NCBI GenBank assembly: GCA_951406725.2
Contig: OX597818.1
Span: 81,034,001 to 81,098,000, forward strand
Reading direction: 5' to 3'
Source of the DNA: Octopus vulgaris
Taxonomy: Eukaryota
DNA length: 64,000 bases
The notes under the pieces were generated by a model. The model worked only from the letters and a program-made list of their open reading frames with translations. It did no database searches and was not told where the DNA came from. The position numbers and the translations under genes are program-made. Shown here piece after piece: positions 25,607 to 41,885 of this stretch (position 1 is the first letter of the stretch; each line of letters opens with the position of its first letter).

Positions 25607-25983
25607 GTAGGTTTTTATTTTTCTCCTCCTACTACAACCATTCTTGATTTGTCTTTATATCTCTGTCTAAAACCTCCTTCCCACCTGTGTATGTGTGTGT
25701 TTGAGTGATGATGGTGGCCCTTCATTTGAGAAAGATGAGTGACTAGTGTAGTTGTTCAATTGATTGAACAATCTTCTGATTGAAGTAACATGTAAATGGC
25801 TGAGTATTCCATAGACAACATGTCCGCTTAAGGTAATTCTTAAGTGCAGGTGTAGCTGTGGGGTAAGAAGTTTATCTCCAAAACACACAGTTCTAGATTC
25901 TAGATTCTGCTATAGCCCTGGGTTGATCAAAGCCTTGTGAGTGGATTTGGACGACAGAAACTGAAAAAGCCTATCATATATAT

Positions 25984-26083
25984 NNNNNNNNNNNNNNNNN
26001 NNNNNNNNNNNNNNNNNNNNNNNNNNNNNNNNNNNNNNNNNNNNNNNNNNNNNNNNNNNNNNNNNNNNNNNNNNNNNNNNNNN
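25984..26083. other. Assembly gap (100 N)
   Basis: Run of n. Confidence 1.
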
Positions 26084-27802
26084 TGTACTTACATACCAAG
26101 TTTCATCAGGGATGACATCGACTTCCCTGTCCCATCTTCCCAAAACAACAGAAACAAATTCAGTTTTACTAAGTTTTGATGTGGTAAGCCTCTACACCAA
26201 TATTCCACACGATTTAGGAATAAAGGCGATTAAATACTGGTTAGAAAAACATAGAGAAGTGATTCCCAGCAGATTCACAGTGCCATTTATATTAGACACA
26301 GTCAAACTTATTCTAGAAAATAACACATTCTTCTTCAATATACTTTCTAAATCCAGATAGTTTACCTCCACATCTTGGTAGAATTGTTCTTCTAAGTATC
26401 CCATTACACGGCGATGAGCAAACGAGGAGCAAACCTCGTTCCCATCGCCGTGCAACTCTAATTTGGATGTAATTCTTTCCATTGAAGAAGAATGTGTTAT
26501 TTTCTAGAATAAGTTTGACTGTGTCTAATATAAATGGCACTGTGAATCTGCTAGGAATACTTCTCTATGTTTTTCTAACCAGTATTTAATCGCCTTTATT
26601 CCTAAATCGTGTGGAATATTGGTGTAGAGGCTTACCACATCAAAACTTAGCAAAACTGAATTTGTTTCTGTTGTTTTGGGAAGATGGGACAGGAAGTCGA
26701 TGTCATCCCTGATGAAACTTGGTATGTAAGTACATAGTGGTTTCAAAACAATGTCAATAAAATTGCTTAGACGGTGTGTAGGGCATGCTGGACCAGCTAT
26801 AATAGGTCTAAGTTTTAGGTCTTTTGGATGTAATAATTTTATGTACTCACTTTCTTGTTCTTTTACTGCCTGTTGAATGTTTTTTGATTTGTGTATTTTT
26901 GGTAAGCCGTAGAAGTTGCTGGGTTTTGGTTCAAAATTGGTGATGTAGTCTTTTTCATTATCCGTAAGTGAGTTGTGGTGTGTTGAAATCAGGTTGTTGA
27001 TCTTTTTCATGATGTGGTGGTCTATATTTGCGGGTATTTCACAATAGAAGGTTGTATCCTTCAGTTGGTCTTCAAATCCTTATAGTATTCGGTATCCATA
27101 ATAACAATTGCACCACCTTTATCTGCTTGTTTAATTATTATTGTTTGATCGTTTTGTATACGTTTACATGCAGACATCTCTGATTTGCTAACATTGGTAT
27201 TGCGTTGCACAATGTATTGGTCAAGGTAGTTACCTTTGGTGGGGTGAAATTTGATTTATACTAGGGATTCATCAATCTCATTACTTGTTTGATTGTTAGC
27301 AGCGAAGAATTCTACAGATTCGTAATTTTCGACAGAATTTTTGGATATCCTCCTTTAATTCTTGGTGGTTGGCTGTTGGTGTAGGTGTGAATTTCAGTCC
27401 TTTGACAGAAGTTGGATTTCATCATTGTCAAGATCTCTTTTTGATAAATTAATTATTTTAGGATCTATACGTTCAGTTGTTTGGGGTATGTTTCCTCTTG
27501 GATTTTTTCTTTCTCCGGTGTTTGTTATGTCCGACGTAAAAAAATGGATTTTTTTCTGGTTATGATTTATATTCCTGTTGATGTTTGCTTGATGAATTTT
27601 GCGTTTTGGTTGTGGTACTTTACTTGGTTTCGTTATGTTTTCTGTCTTGTTTTTGGTATTATGTATGCTACTTTTCAATTTCTTGTTAGCATTGTTTTTA
27701 ACCACCTGGAGAAATGATCTGGGTTTACTTAGATCTAGATCGGTTTTTTTGTCCAGTTTCTTGTGGGTAATCTCTGTTGAGGTCTTTGAAAATGATCTCC
27801 TG

Positions 27803-27810
<8 letters not shown>
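26084..27810 (-). mobile_element. Penelope-like retroelement RT fragment (26340-27810) plus inverted duplicate (26084-26339, + strand)
   Basis: FYGLPKIHK, LRPII, FDVVSLYTNIP, NNTFFFNG and a frameshifted AMGT motif; IINLS in the N-terminal region. Confidence 0.9.
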
Positions 27811-28294
<484 letters not shown>

Positions 28295-29345
28295 GATTGA
28301 TTGATTGATTGATTGATTCCAGTTCCAGCCTATGAGCTGTGGCCATGCTGGGGCACCGCCATTTGGTGTTGCTACTTGGTTTCACTTCACGAAAGCTTTC
28401 TGGCAACTGCTATTTGGTGCATGAGAGAGTTCGATGCAGCTGCCCTCATCTGCCCCTCCTGCCGTGAAGTTGGTTCATCTGGGACACCAGACAGGAAGAG
28501 ATCCAGCTTCATTTTAAAGACATCTGTATCCACCCCATGCAGGTCTCTCAGGTTCTTCGGGAGGATATTGAAGAGCTGTGGGCCTCGGAAGCCCAGGCTA
28601 TCACAGAATCTTGTCCTACATCTTGATGGCAGGTTTGGAGTCCTAGGCACCACGCAGTGGCGCCCAGTTCTGGCATTTGTGTAACTCTCGATGCCAAAGT
28701 TCAGGACACTTCCCTCCAGGATCTTCCAGATGTATATTATGGCATATCTTTCCCGCCTACGCTCCAGGGAGTATAATTTTAATCTCTTGAGTCTTTCCCA
28801 GTAGCTTACATTCTGCATAGAGGCTATCTTCTTGTGTAGCTTCGTTGGATCGCCTCAAGTTCTGTGATCAACTTGACACTGGATGGTGACCATAGCTGAG
28901 AGCAATAGTCAAAGTGGCTTAGGACAAGTGTCTTCCAGAGGACCATCATGGTTTCTTGTTCTCTTGTTCTAAAGGTTCTAAGAATCCAGCCAGCCAGCCG
29001 TCTACATTTCACTGTCAGTTTAGCAACATGCACATGAAAGGTCGCGTCATCACTCATGTGAATACCCAGGTCACGCACTGATTGTGCCTCTGGGATTGCA
29101 ATCCTCCGGGTCCAGTGTATTCATTGGGTATTGCATTCAGTTTTGCATGCTGATAGTATAAAGCTTGAAACTTTCCAGCATTGAACTGCATGCTATTCTT
29201 TTCAGCCCACTTGTATATTTCGTCCAGCTCACATTGCAGGTTTTTAGTGTCCTCAGGGTTCTGTATTGCCTGTGAAACTTTTTAGTATCATCTGCATAAC
29301 TTGTGATCGTGGATCTCTGCGTGGCTGAGGGCATGTCTGAGGGCA
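28295..29345 (-). mobile_element. 5'-truncated CR1-like LINE 3' end
   Basis: SYADDTK, RDLGI, YCSQLWSP, LEAIQR, SYWERLKRLKLYSLERRRER; (ATCA)n tail at 28295-28317; frameshifted. Confidence 0.88.
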
Positions 29346-32626
<3,281 letters not shown>

Positions 32627-32831
32627 CAATAAGAAAATGGAGGGGATCAATAGGTGAGTTCATCAACTTTTAGATATTATGTAAACTTATTTATTTATTT
32701 ACTAAGATGATAATTACAAAAATATACATACATGTATAACATATTATGCTTTACATATAAAATATATTGATATATAAGGATACCAGTAATTATTAAAATA
32801 TAACATACAGGAATATAAATTGGGAAAATAC

Positions 32832-32952
32832 CTTTGTAGCTGTTTCAGCCAAGAGGTAAAATACCTCATTCTACCTTTATTCCTCCAGTAGACTGAAGTA
32901 ATAAGTAGGTGAAATTGAGGTACTTGGGTGTTTCTCTAGGCTTCATCAGAGA
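32832..32952 (-). ncRNA. Degenerate hammerhead motif with very long stem II
   Basis: Reverse complement: CTGATGA-AGCC...GGCT-GAAAC-AGCT-ACA; cleavage triplet is ACA instead of GUH, so probably inactive. Confidence 0.45.
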
Positions 32953-33253
32953 TTTTTATAAAGTACATAAGGTTAAGTTATAAATAAATATAAATATTAA
33001 ATAAATAAATGCACACACATTTACATACTTATACATATGCATATATATATAAATATACATAAATACATATATATATATATATATATATACTTAAATGTAC
33101 ATACATATTTACATTTATAAGCATACACAATAATCAATTATTATTAATAATATTAGATGCATTATATTATTCATATTAGATAAAATATAAACAGAGGTAT
33201 TAGAAAGTTATAAGAAGAGTAATTTTGTAATCTATAAAATCAATATACCTTAA

Positions 33254-34325
33254 CCCTTTCGTTACTATATTTCTGACCAAAATACACCCCTTATGTGTTT
33301 CAATTAATTTCTAACATAATCATAAATTTAGTCTGGTTTCATTAAACAACTATAACTTTTTTATTTATCAATATATTAACGTAAATTTTGGAAGATAATT
33401 TAATGAAATGTTCTCAACTAATTCTATACTATAATTTTTGTCACAAAGTGACTCTAATTGCAGGTAGATACAGGTAAATTCAACAAAATATAAAATTATT
33501 AAAATTTTGTTCAAACATCGCTATAGAAAATGGATTATTAGCTAATATTCAATTGGGTATACAACAAAATTTTACGATAGAATTTGTTATTCTGGGTAAA
33601 TTTCTGATACCCATAATAATATTTATGGCAAAATAGTCTTAATTTCATTTAAGGTTATGGGAAACCACTAACTATACTTTCTTTCGTTTTGTTTATGTTT
33701 AGCGTAACGGTTCGTTTCCGCCGTAATGATTTCAAATAGGCTCATTCGAAAAAGTAAAAAGAAATAGTCTAAGGCTTTACTCTTCTGGGAAAGTCTGTGG
33801 CTTGGTCCAGTTTCTTCAGAAAAATCACCGAAAGAAACAGTTTTTAAATTTTCACTCCATTCAAGTGCCAATTCATTTTCTTTATCGCTGTCGGAGCTCT
33901 TGGATTCACTGTTTTCACTTTCGGAAAATGAAACATCAGATTCATTATCAAATACCACATGCTTTTTTTTTTCAGTCATAGAGTTAGATTTAGGTCTTCG
34001 GTAGAAAATCCTTCGAATTCTGACTCGCTGCTTGATATAATGAAATTCGTATCCATTTTTTGTCAGAATTACAAATTTTGAAAACACAATAGGAACAAAT
34101 TTCGGAAAAAAATCTCCCAAAATTCACGGAATTAAAATTACACTTCGATTTTTGTACAAAAGTGTAGTTGAACTCTTTACGAAGTATAATACGTATTTTC
34201 ACGAATGTACTAAAGAGATTTGCTCTGATATTCTCATTTAAATATGAATAGGTAAATTCGGGCGGTTTTGGGCGGTTTGGTCACATTAACCAAAATTTTT
34301 TTCGGGCGGTTTGGTAACGAAAGGG
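33254..34325 (-). mobile_element. Internally deleted piggyBac element
   Basis: TTAA TSDs; TIRs CCCTTTCGTTAC / GTAACGAAAGGG. Minus-strand acidic N-terminus plus LDYFFLLF..IITAETNRYA, typical of PGBD transposases; catalytic region absent. Confidence 0.9.
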
Positions 34326-34745
34326 TTAAAGTTTTTTCAGTTATGTAAGAATGAAACGGCATACACACACGCACAAATATATATATACATATATATTTTT
34401 CTGCTCAAACATACTTATATGTACATACGTATTATATGTGTTTATAAGGGAGGATCAGTGCATTAGTTTGTATCATTATAATTATAAATATAATTAAAAC
34501 AATAATACGCAGACTTATTTATATTTACATATAAACGTGATATGTTTATTACTTTGTTATTTTAACTCTAAGTTAACTGTTTTTTTGCTGATCCTCTCAG
34601 CAAGCGAACTGTGCACTATATATATATAGTTCAACTATATATATATATATATAGTTAATCCAAACATGAAAACACTAAGAGAAAACACAACAACGCGAGG
34701 ACATGGAACAAATATAGTATTATTGGAAGGAAGGGAAGAAGGAGG

Positions 34746-34780
34746 GTTTAACGTTTCGAGCGAAGCTCTTCGTCAGAAAC
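34746..34780 (-). ncRNA. Ultra-minimal hammerhead motif in a PLE-like end fragment
   Basis: Reverse complement: GTTT-CTGACGA-A-GAGC-TTC-GCTC-GAAAC-GTT-AAAC; stem III reduced to the palindrome AACGTT. Confidence 0.55.
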
Positions 34781-34931
34781 ATAGGAGAAGAAAAGATCCA
34801 GAGAAGGGAAGACAGAGGGAAAAAATTGCCAACGGTACACATGCGGTCACATTATATATATATATATATATAGTTCACTGTACTCTTATAAATTTTATGA
34901 TATATATATATATTTCATCATCCTAACACTA

Positions 34932-34963
<32 letters not shown>

Positions 34964-35507
34964 GCACATTACCTATTTATGTGTTGATCTAGGATACTTC
35001 AGCCAAGATGTACATGTTGCTTGAAATCTTTTAACCATTCCTATTTGTTTTGTGACTAAATTGTAAATTCTTTTCTCTCATCACATTCAATACACAAAGC
35101 ACTATTGATTTTGACTATTGGCATTTATGTACCTGATAAGGAGGCATGTTATGTTTATTTTATGATGTAATATACATATAACGTGATGAATTGTTTTTGG
35201 TTTTTGAACCGTATGTTGCACTGAACTGTAACTGTCTTGTCTTTTTTTTTATATGCATTCATTTATTACATACTGTGCCACAGAAATTGCTATGGAATAA
35301 TTTGGAGTTGTGCAGTACCTGTCATCTTATCAAATTTATTCAGATAATTTTGAAATGGGATGAAGCAAATCTTACATATTGATTAATAAATTATATTGAT
35401 TGAGTATTTTTCTTCTGCAAGTGTTCTGCATTAACCATTTGTAGAGTGGCTGCTAACATGTTCACTATGATCCTTATAAACTGGTATATATCTATATATC
35501 TATCTAT

Positions 35508-36570
35508 ATCATCATCATCGTTTAACGTCCGCTTTCCGCGCTAGCACGGGTTGGACGGTTTGACCGGGTCTGGGAAGCCAGGGCCGCACCAGGCTCCAGT
35601 CTGAATCTGGCAGAGTTTCTACGGCTGGATGCCCTTCCTAACGCCAACCACTCCGTGAGTGGATTGGGTGCTTTTTACGTGCCACCTGCACAGGGGCCGG
35701 AGGGTCCGGCATCGTCACGATCGGTTCGAGCATTTTAACGTGTCAGCGGCACGGGGGCAACGAGGTCCGGGGTACTTTGGGGATCCAGGGTACTTTGGGG
35801 ATCTGGGGTACTTAGAATGAGTAGGGGGTATGTGGAATTGCTGCAGAAAGCAGCCCGGGTCTTTGTAGTCACAGCATTTATCGTCACTGAGTAAGGAAGG
35901 GTTGGTGTAGGTTCCTAAGAAATAAAGACATTCGTTATCGTCACTGAGTAACGTTATTAGGTAGAGGAAAGAATACAGATATTCTAGAGTTGAGTTGGGG
36001 AGGGGGGGTCCAGTTGAGGTGGGTAATATAGGGGAGCAACCAGTGGGGAAGGTTGGGGTAAGGAGGAACTGATGGCAGGAAGGGTTGGTGTAGGTTCCTA
36101 AGAAATAAAAACGTAGGATATTACGAGGCGGGAGGGTGCTAAAGGGGGATAGTCGGAATGAAGCAGTGTCCGGAGGAAGCGTAAGATCGGTGGGCAGTTG
36201 ATGAGCTATGGCGCTAGCAGCTTGTCTTTTCACAGTGAAAGCATATGAGGAGAAGGGGTAGTGGGGGGAGGAGGAGGGAGTAGGGCTTACCCGGTGTAGA
36301 TGAGTAAGGCGTATCCGGTGTAGATGGTGAGGACAGGGTATACTGGTATTGGTGGTGGGGGGTGAGGAACAGTGTTCACCAGTATTGGTGGTGTTGGCGG
36401 TGAGAACAGTGTTCACCGGTATTGGTGGTGGGGGTGAGAACAGTGTTCATCGGTATTGGTGGTGGGGGTGGGGGCGGGGCGACCGCCAATGGCTGAAAGA
36501 TGGCTGAAAGATGGCTGAAAGATGGGAAGAGATGGGAAGAGATGGGATTACGGCTTGAGGTAGCCTCGCC
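35508..36570 (-). mobile_element. ~1-kb GC-rich non-coding element ending in the RTE 3' tail
   Basis: 35508-35700 is the reverse complement of the RTE 3' UTR/(GAT)n tail seen at 11800-11964; CpG-rich body with short internal repeats. Confidence 0.6.
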
Positions 36571-36989
36571 TAAGGTTAAATTTTGTAGAGAGAGAGATAG
36601 AAAGATAAATCAAGTTATGGCGAAGGCTTGAAAGTAGCCTTAAAAGGTTAAATTTTCGTAACAATGTATGAATAAACGTAGTAACAACGAATGGAAATAT
36701 TAATATATATATATATATATTGACAAGCAGCCAATGTGTATGTGTATATATATATATTATCATCATCATCCTCATCATCATTTAATGTCTGTTCATGCTA
36801 GCATTGGTTGGATGGTTTGACCAGGACTGGCAAGCTGGTAGGCTGCACTAGAAACCATTCTGATTTGGAGTCTGGCGTAGCCTTCCAGCTTGCCAGCCCT
36901 GGTCAAACAACCAGACCCATGCCAGCATGTACAACAGATGTTAAATGATGATGATGATATATATATGTGTGTGCGTGTGTATGTGTGCG

Positions 36990-37030
<41 letters not shown>

Positions 37031-37464
37031 TGGCCACTTATCTATTGGTCAGTTAGCCGTAAGTCAAAATAGAGGATATTCTGAAAGAGGATTCAAACAG
37101 TTATACTTTAACACTTTTATGATTTTGAGTAGTATTTTCCTGGTTATAGCACAATATAACTGGTCAAAAATTTACTATTGGTTTCACACCTTCTATTTCA
37201 CCTGACAATACAGACGGCTCATCAGGCAGACCATCATGTGTTGTCTGCATTCCCAAGTGCAGTAGCAGGCATGAAACCGATGGTAACTTTCTGACTGATT
37301 ATATTGTGCAATAACCAGGAATATACTAATCAACAATATATAAGCATGTGTGTATACACACACACACACACACAAACATGAATCAATCTTCAGATCTTTC
37401 ATTTTATCTCATGACTGCTAAATATCATTTGTGTGCCATGCTAAACATGCCTGTCCCCCTTCAG

Positions 37465-37704
37465 AAGGCCATCAAGGGATGGTTGCAACAGATCGGAGAC
37501 ACTAACTATGAAAGCGACAGAAGGTCTTCCAGTAACTACAACACAACGGTACTACTACAGCATCATCATCATCATCATCATCTTCATCAACTCCATCCTC
37601 CAGATCAGGATTCTTTTCCACCTCCTCCACCACCTCTACCACCATCACCACCTTCTCAACATCATCCTCCGATCTACGACACTTTGCACTGTGCTGGTCT
37701 CCAG
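37465..37704 (+). CDS. BAIAP2: IRSp53/BAIAP2-like exon K (His/Pro-rich): KAIKGWLQQIGDTNYESDRRSSS...HHHHHHH...PPPPPPLPP...IYDTLHCAGLQ
   Basis: cccccttcag acceptor (tandem CAG/AAG), CAG|gtaact donor; 240 bp, open, phase 0/0. No recognisable homology; supported by splice signals and frame only. Confidence 0.68.
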
Positions 37705-37720
37705 GTAACTTAATACAAGT

Positions 37721-37761
<41 letters not shown>

Positions 37762-38538
37762 GATTATTTTGGGGTTTGGAAAATTTTTTAATGCTTCATA
37801 TTTACTGCTATGGTTATTGGTGTAATCTGTTGTAAAACATGCTGGGTTGTAGCGCATATATATGCTATGCGGTTTTATGCGGTGTTCTATACTGTAAGAC
37901 TAATGCTGTGTAGTTAAATGCCACTCGCCTGTCTGTGTGACTAGGCCAAGTCAAGACAACTGAAGATGGAGACAGATGGTATGTTTAATGTCCAGACTCT
38001 AGATGAACTGGATTTACTTTATCTTACCCTATGCACACCACAATGCATTGTTGCAGCCACCTTCACCTTTATTGAATGATGAAGTTATCTTCTCCAGCTT
38101 CGGCAGGATCTGTTTAATCCAGTTAGATTTTAATACACACACATACACTGTGACAGAGTCATTAGCAGGCTGGACAAAATGCTGCTAAGCATTTTGTCTG
38201 CTTTATGTCCCGAGGTCAATGTAACCAGTTCACCCTCTCCCCACCAAATTTCAGGCCATGTGCCTATAATATTAATTACATATCTTTGTTTTGAATTCAA
38301 CATTTTCTGTGATGTGTATTGATGCACGGTGCACTACACTGTGCAGATGGTATGATTGCTTGGCTGCTTGGTTAGTTGCTTGGTTAATTGGTTGCTTGGT
38401 TAATTGGTTGCTTGGTTAATTGGCTGGTTGATTGGTTTTGTTTCACATCTTCACCTCTGCTTGTTTCATATATGTTGGTTGTGGCTACATTACTCTTCTC
38501 ATTGTTATATTTCTTGTTATACTTTATGTACACACACG

Positions 38539-38600
<62 letters not shown>

Positions 38601-39635
38601 CATGCACACACACACATAGCAAACTGGCCAATTCATTAACCTGCCAGGCAGAATGCTTAGTGGTATTTCATCTGTCTTTATGCTCTGAGTTCTAAATTGC
38701 ACTGAAGTCAACTTTGTTCTTCATCCTTTTGTGGTAATCGACTTACCCTCTCCACCAAAATTGCTAACTTTGTACCAAAATTTGAAACCAATATATATAT
38801 ATATATATGTGTGTGTGTATGTGTGGAGGCGCAATGGCCCAGTGGTTAGGGCAGCAGACTTGCAGTCGTAGGATCACGGTTTCGATTCCCAGACTGGACG
38901 TTGTGAGTGTTTATTGAGCAAAAACACCTAAAGCTCCACAAGGCTCTGGCAGGGCGTGGCGGCGATCCCTGCAGTACTCTTTTGTTGCAACTTTCTCTCA
39001 CTCTTTCTTCTGTTGGCCTGCTCGCTTAGCCAGCGGGGTGGCGTCATTTGAAGGCTAAAACAGTGCGAAGAGCATTGTGACCAGCGATGTGTATCAACAT
39101 CTGATAGCCTGGTCGGTCACGTGATATATATATATATATATATATATGAATATATTTTGCTTAGACATAGTGATAGTAATAACCTGTTGTTAGAACTCAA
39201 TATATATATATATATCCCTCTCTCTCTTTCGGAGAGGCACAAGCACCTACACGCACATATACACACACAGCAGTAACTTCCGCCTGCCGAATTCAATCAC
39301 AAAGCTTCGGTCGGCTCGGGGCTATAGCAGAAGACACCTACCCAAAGTGCCACGCAGTGGGACTGAACCCGAAACCATGTAGCTAGGAGGCAAGCTCCTT
39401 AACCACACAGCCATGCCCGCGCCTATATATATATACTTCAAAATAAAGTATTAGTTAAGTAATGACAAAGAAACAGGTGATTCATTGCATAATTTTCTGT
39501 TCCTTTGTCAGTTATTTAATTTCATATTATGCTCTGTATTTGACTAACACTTCATTCTGAAGCACATGAGTATACATATGTGTGTGTGTGTGTACTTAAC
39601 ATTTCTGTCTTTCTTTTTTCCCTTCTTTCACCCAG

Positions 39636-39662
39636 GCTGTGTTTAAAAACACCAAACTATAA
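39636..39662 (+). CDS. Candidate alternative terminal exon AVFKNTKL-stop
   Basis: Branch-like tacttaac, ~30-nt pyrimidine tract, cccag|G; phase 0 gives 8 codons then TAA. Confidence 0.5.
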   Translation, partial: AVFKNTKL

Positions 39663-39941
39663 GAGATTATTATCCATGGATGCATGTCAAAGTAAATTTG
39701 CCCTTCACATTGTTTCTGCATTAAGAATAATGCAATTGACAATTGATGTTGTTGTGTTTATGTCCCCATAACTAACCAGTTTGGCAAAAGAGACTGATAG
39801 AATAAGTTCTAGGCTTACAAAGAATAAGTCCTGGGGTCAATTTGTTTGACTAAAGGCAGTATTCCAGCATGGTTGCAGTCAAATGACTGAAACAAGTAAA
39901 AGAATAAAAGCATAAAAGAAAATATATATATATATATACAC

Positions 39942-39983
<42 letters not shown>

Positions 39984-40132
39984 ACACAACCGAAAGAGCT
40001 ACTAACAGTTTCATACTATTCTAATACTTAAACATGCATATTTAGAAAATTCACCGATATCTTAAAGTAATCTTTGAAGCCTCAGTTTATGCATTTTATG
40101 TATATATATATATACATACACACACACAAATA

Positions 40133-40973
40133 CAGGGTGTGATGGGTAAAGTGACGACATTTTACAATTTTTAGTTTTGTGCATGGACATAGTTTTTCAT
40201 GTTGTCAACTACACAGTATAGTAGGGTCAGTTGGGCATCATGATGCAATTCAGTCTATAAGAAATTTGGAAATGACATGCTGCACTGCTTGGCATTTGCA
40301 CTGGAAGCTCCAATACAAACAGATGGTGAACACTTGGAACAACCTTTGACTTGCTGTGTCGCCAAAACGTACCGAGAATGATAAATATCAGACATCCAGT
40401 CAACATCATAGTCTTTGGAGTGATCACTAGGGATGGCGATATTATGCCCCTATTGTTCCACGCAGAGATCTACGCAAAGTGCCTGCAGGAGGTAGTGTGT
40501 CCCTGTGTGAAGAAGGTGGCTGCTGGAAGACCCTATGTCAGGCAACAAGACTCTGCAACATGCCACACAAGAAGGAGAACCCAGTCATGGCTGTTAGACA
40601 ATTTCTGTGACCACATCACACATAGCATCTGGTCACCTAACTCACCAGACTGCAACCCTTTGATTATTATATGTACGGCACCATTGAATGAGAGACAAAC
40701 AAAACTCCTTGTAACACCGAAGATGAACTGAAGGTAAGGATTATGGCAGCATTCATCAACTTAAAGAAGGAAACCACCCAGAAAAGTTGCAAGATATTCC
40801 GAAGTCATCTGAAAGCTGTGGCTGAAGCAGATGGCAATTTTATTGAATAAATTTACTCTATAGTATTTCAAGATATTTTAATGTAACTTTGGTAAATATA
40901 TCTGTTGAAATGAGATGTCAGTGTTATTTTCATTTTTGCGTAATTTAAATGAGAATACATTCACTACACCCTC
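40133..40973 (+). mobile_element. Decayed Tc1/mariner-superfamily (maT/DD37D-like) transposon
   Basis: TA-cagggtgt...acaccct ends; pseudo-ORF with VFGVI, QQDSATCH and WSPNSPDCNPL. Confidence 0.8.
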
Positions 40974-41057
40974 TGTGTGTGTGTGTGTGTGTGTGTGTGT
41001 ACACACACATATGTAGTTATATGTATATTTTAAATATATATACACGCACACAGGTAC

Positions 41058-41096
<39 letters not shown>

Positions 41097-41409
41097 AATA
41101 TTTAAGCATATACATACATGCATCTATACACACATATATACCCCACAATAATTTTTTATTATGTAAAGTCATTTTTATTTTGTTAATTTCTCTCTTCCGT
41201 TTTTCCTTTTAATCCTTTTTTCCTGCTCCTCCCCATTTGTTTCGTTCCAATTTTTCTGTTTTACCACCACGAGTTTTGCTTGTTTAACTTCATTTATTTT
41301 TCATTTGACACTTTTTCTTCCTTTTACTTGTGTGGGTTTTTATCTATTTATCTAACAATATAATTAACACATACATGCATACATGCATACATACGTACGT
41401 ACGTACATC

Positions 41410-41885
41410 TGTTTTCTGAGCATCTGTGGTGTTTAGGGTTAGGGTTAGGCATCTGCTGCATCTGAAAGCTATCTTCCCAGTTGATCTTCCTTTGATGTTG
41501 CTGCACCTCCTATGTGTCCATAGCTTACACTGGGTACATCTTTTCTACAGATCGAGCAGGTCCACCTACCTGAAGGGTTATGTGATGTGTTCGCCTTCCT
41601 ACTAACTAGAACTTTGGTCTATGCAACATTGACTTTAAGGCCCTTCGATTCTAAGCTTTGCTTCCACACTTTTACCTGGAATTCTTCTCTAGTTCTGGAA
41701 GTGATTCTGCTGTGAGTGCCAGGTGATCAGCATAGAGGAGTTCCAAGGGGCAACCTGTCTTTAATTCCTCCGTTCCTGGAGGACTATGATGAATAAAAGG
41801 GGGCTGAGGGCTGATCCTTGGTGGACCCCTACTTCTACCTGGAATTCTTCACAATACTCATTTCCAATCCTAACCCTACTAACGG
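41410..41885 (-). mobile_element. Old RTE-clade RT fragment
   Basis: Reverse complement encodes GVHQGS, PLELLYADHLAL and GLKVN, homologous to 11120-11400. Confidence 0.8.

Noticed and set aside
35129-35222. CTGATAA...GAACC hammerhead-like motif
   Set aside because: Non-compensated core changes and poor stems; half-motifs near 49050 and 59085 were also rejected.
41434-41450. TTAGGG telomere-like repeat
   Set aside because: Fewer than three units, inside an RTE relic; compatible with chance or slippage.
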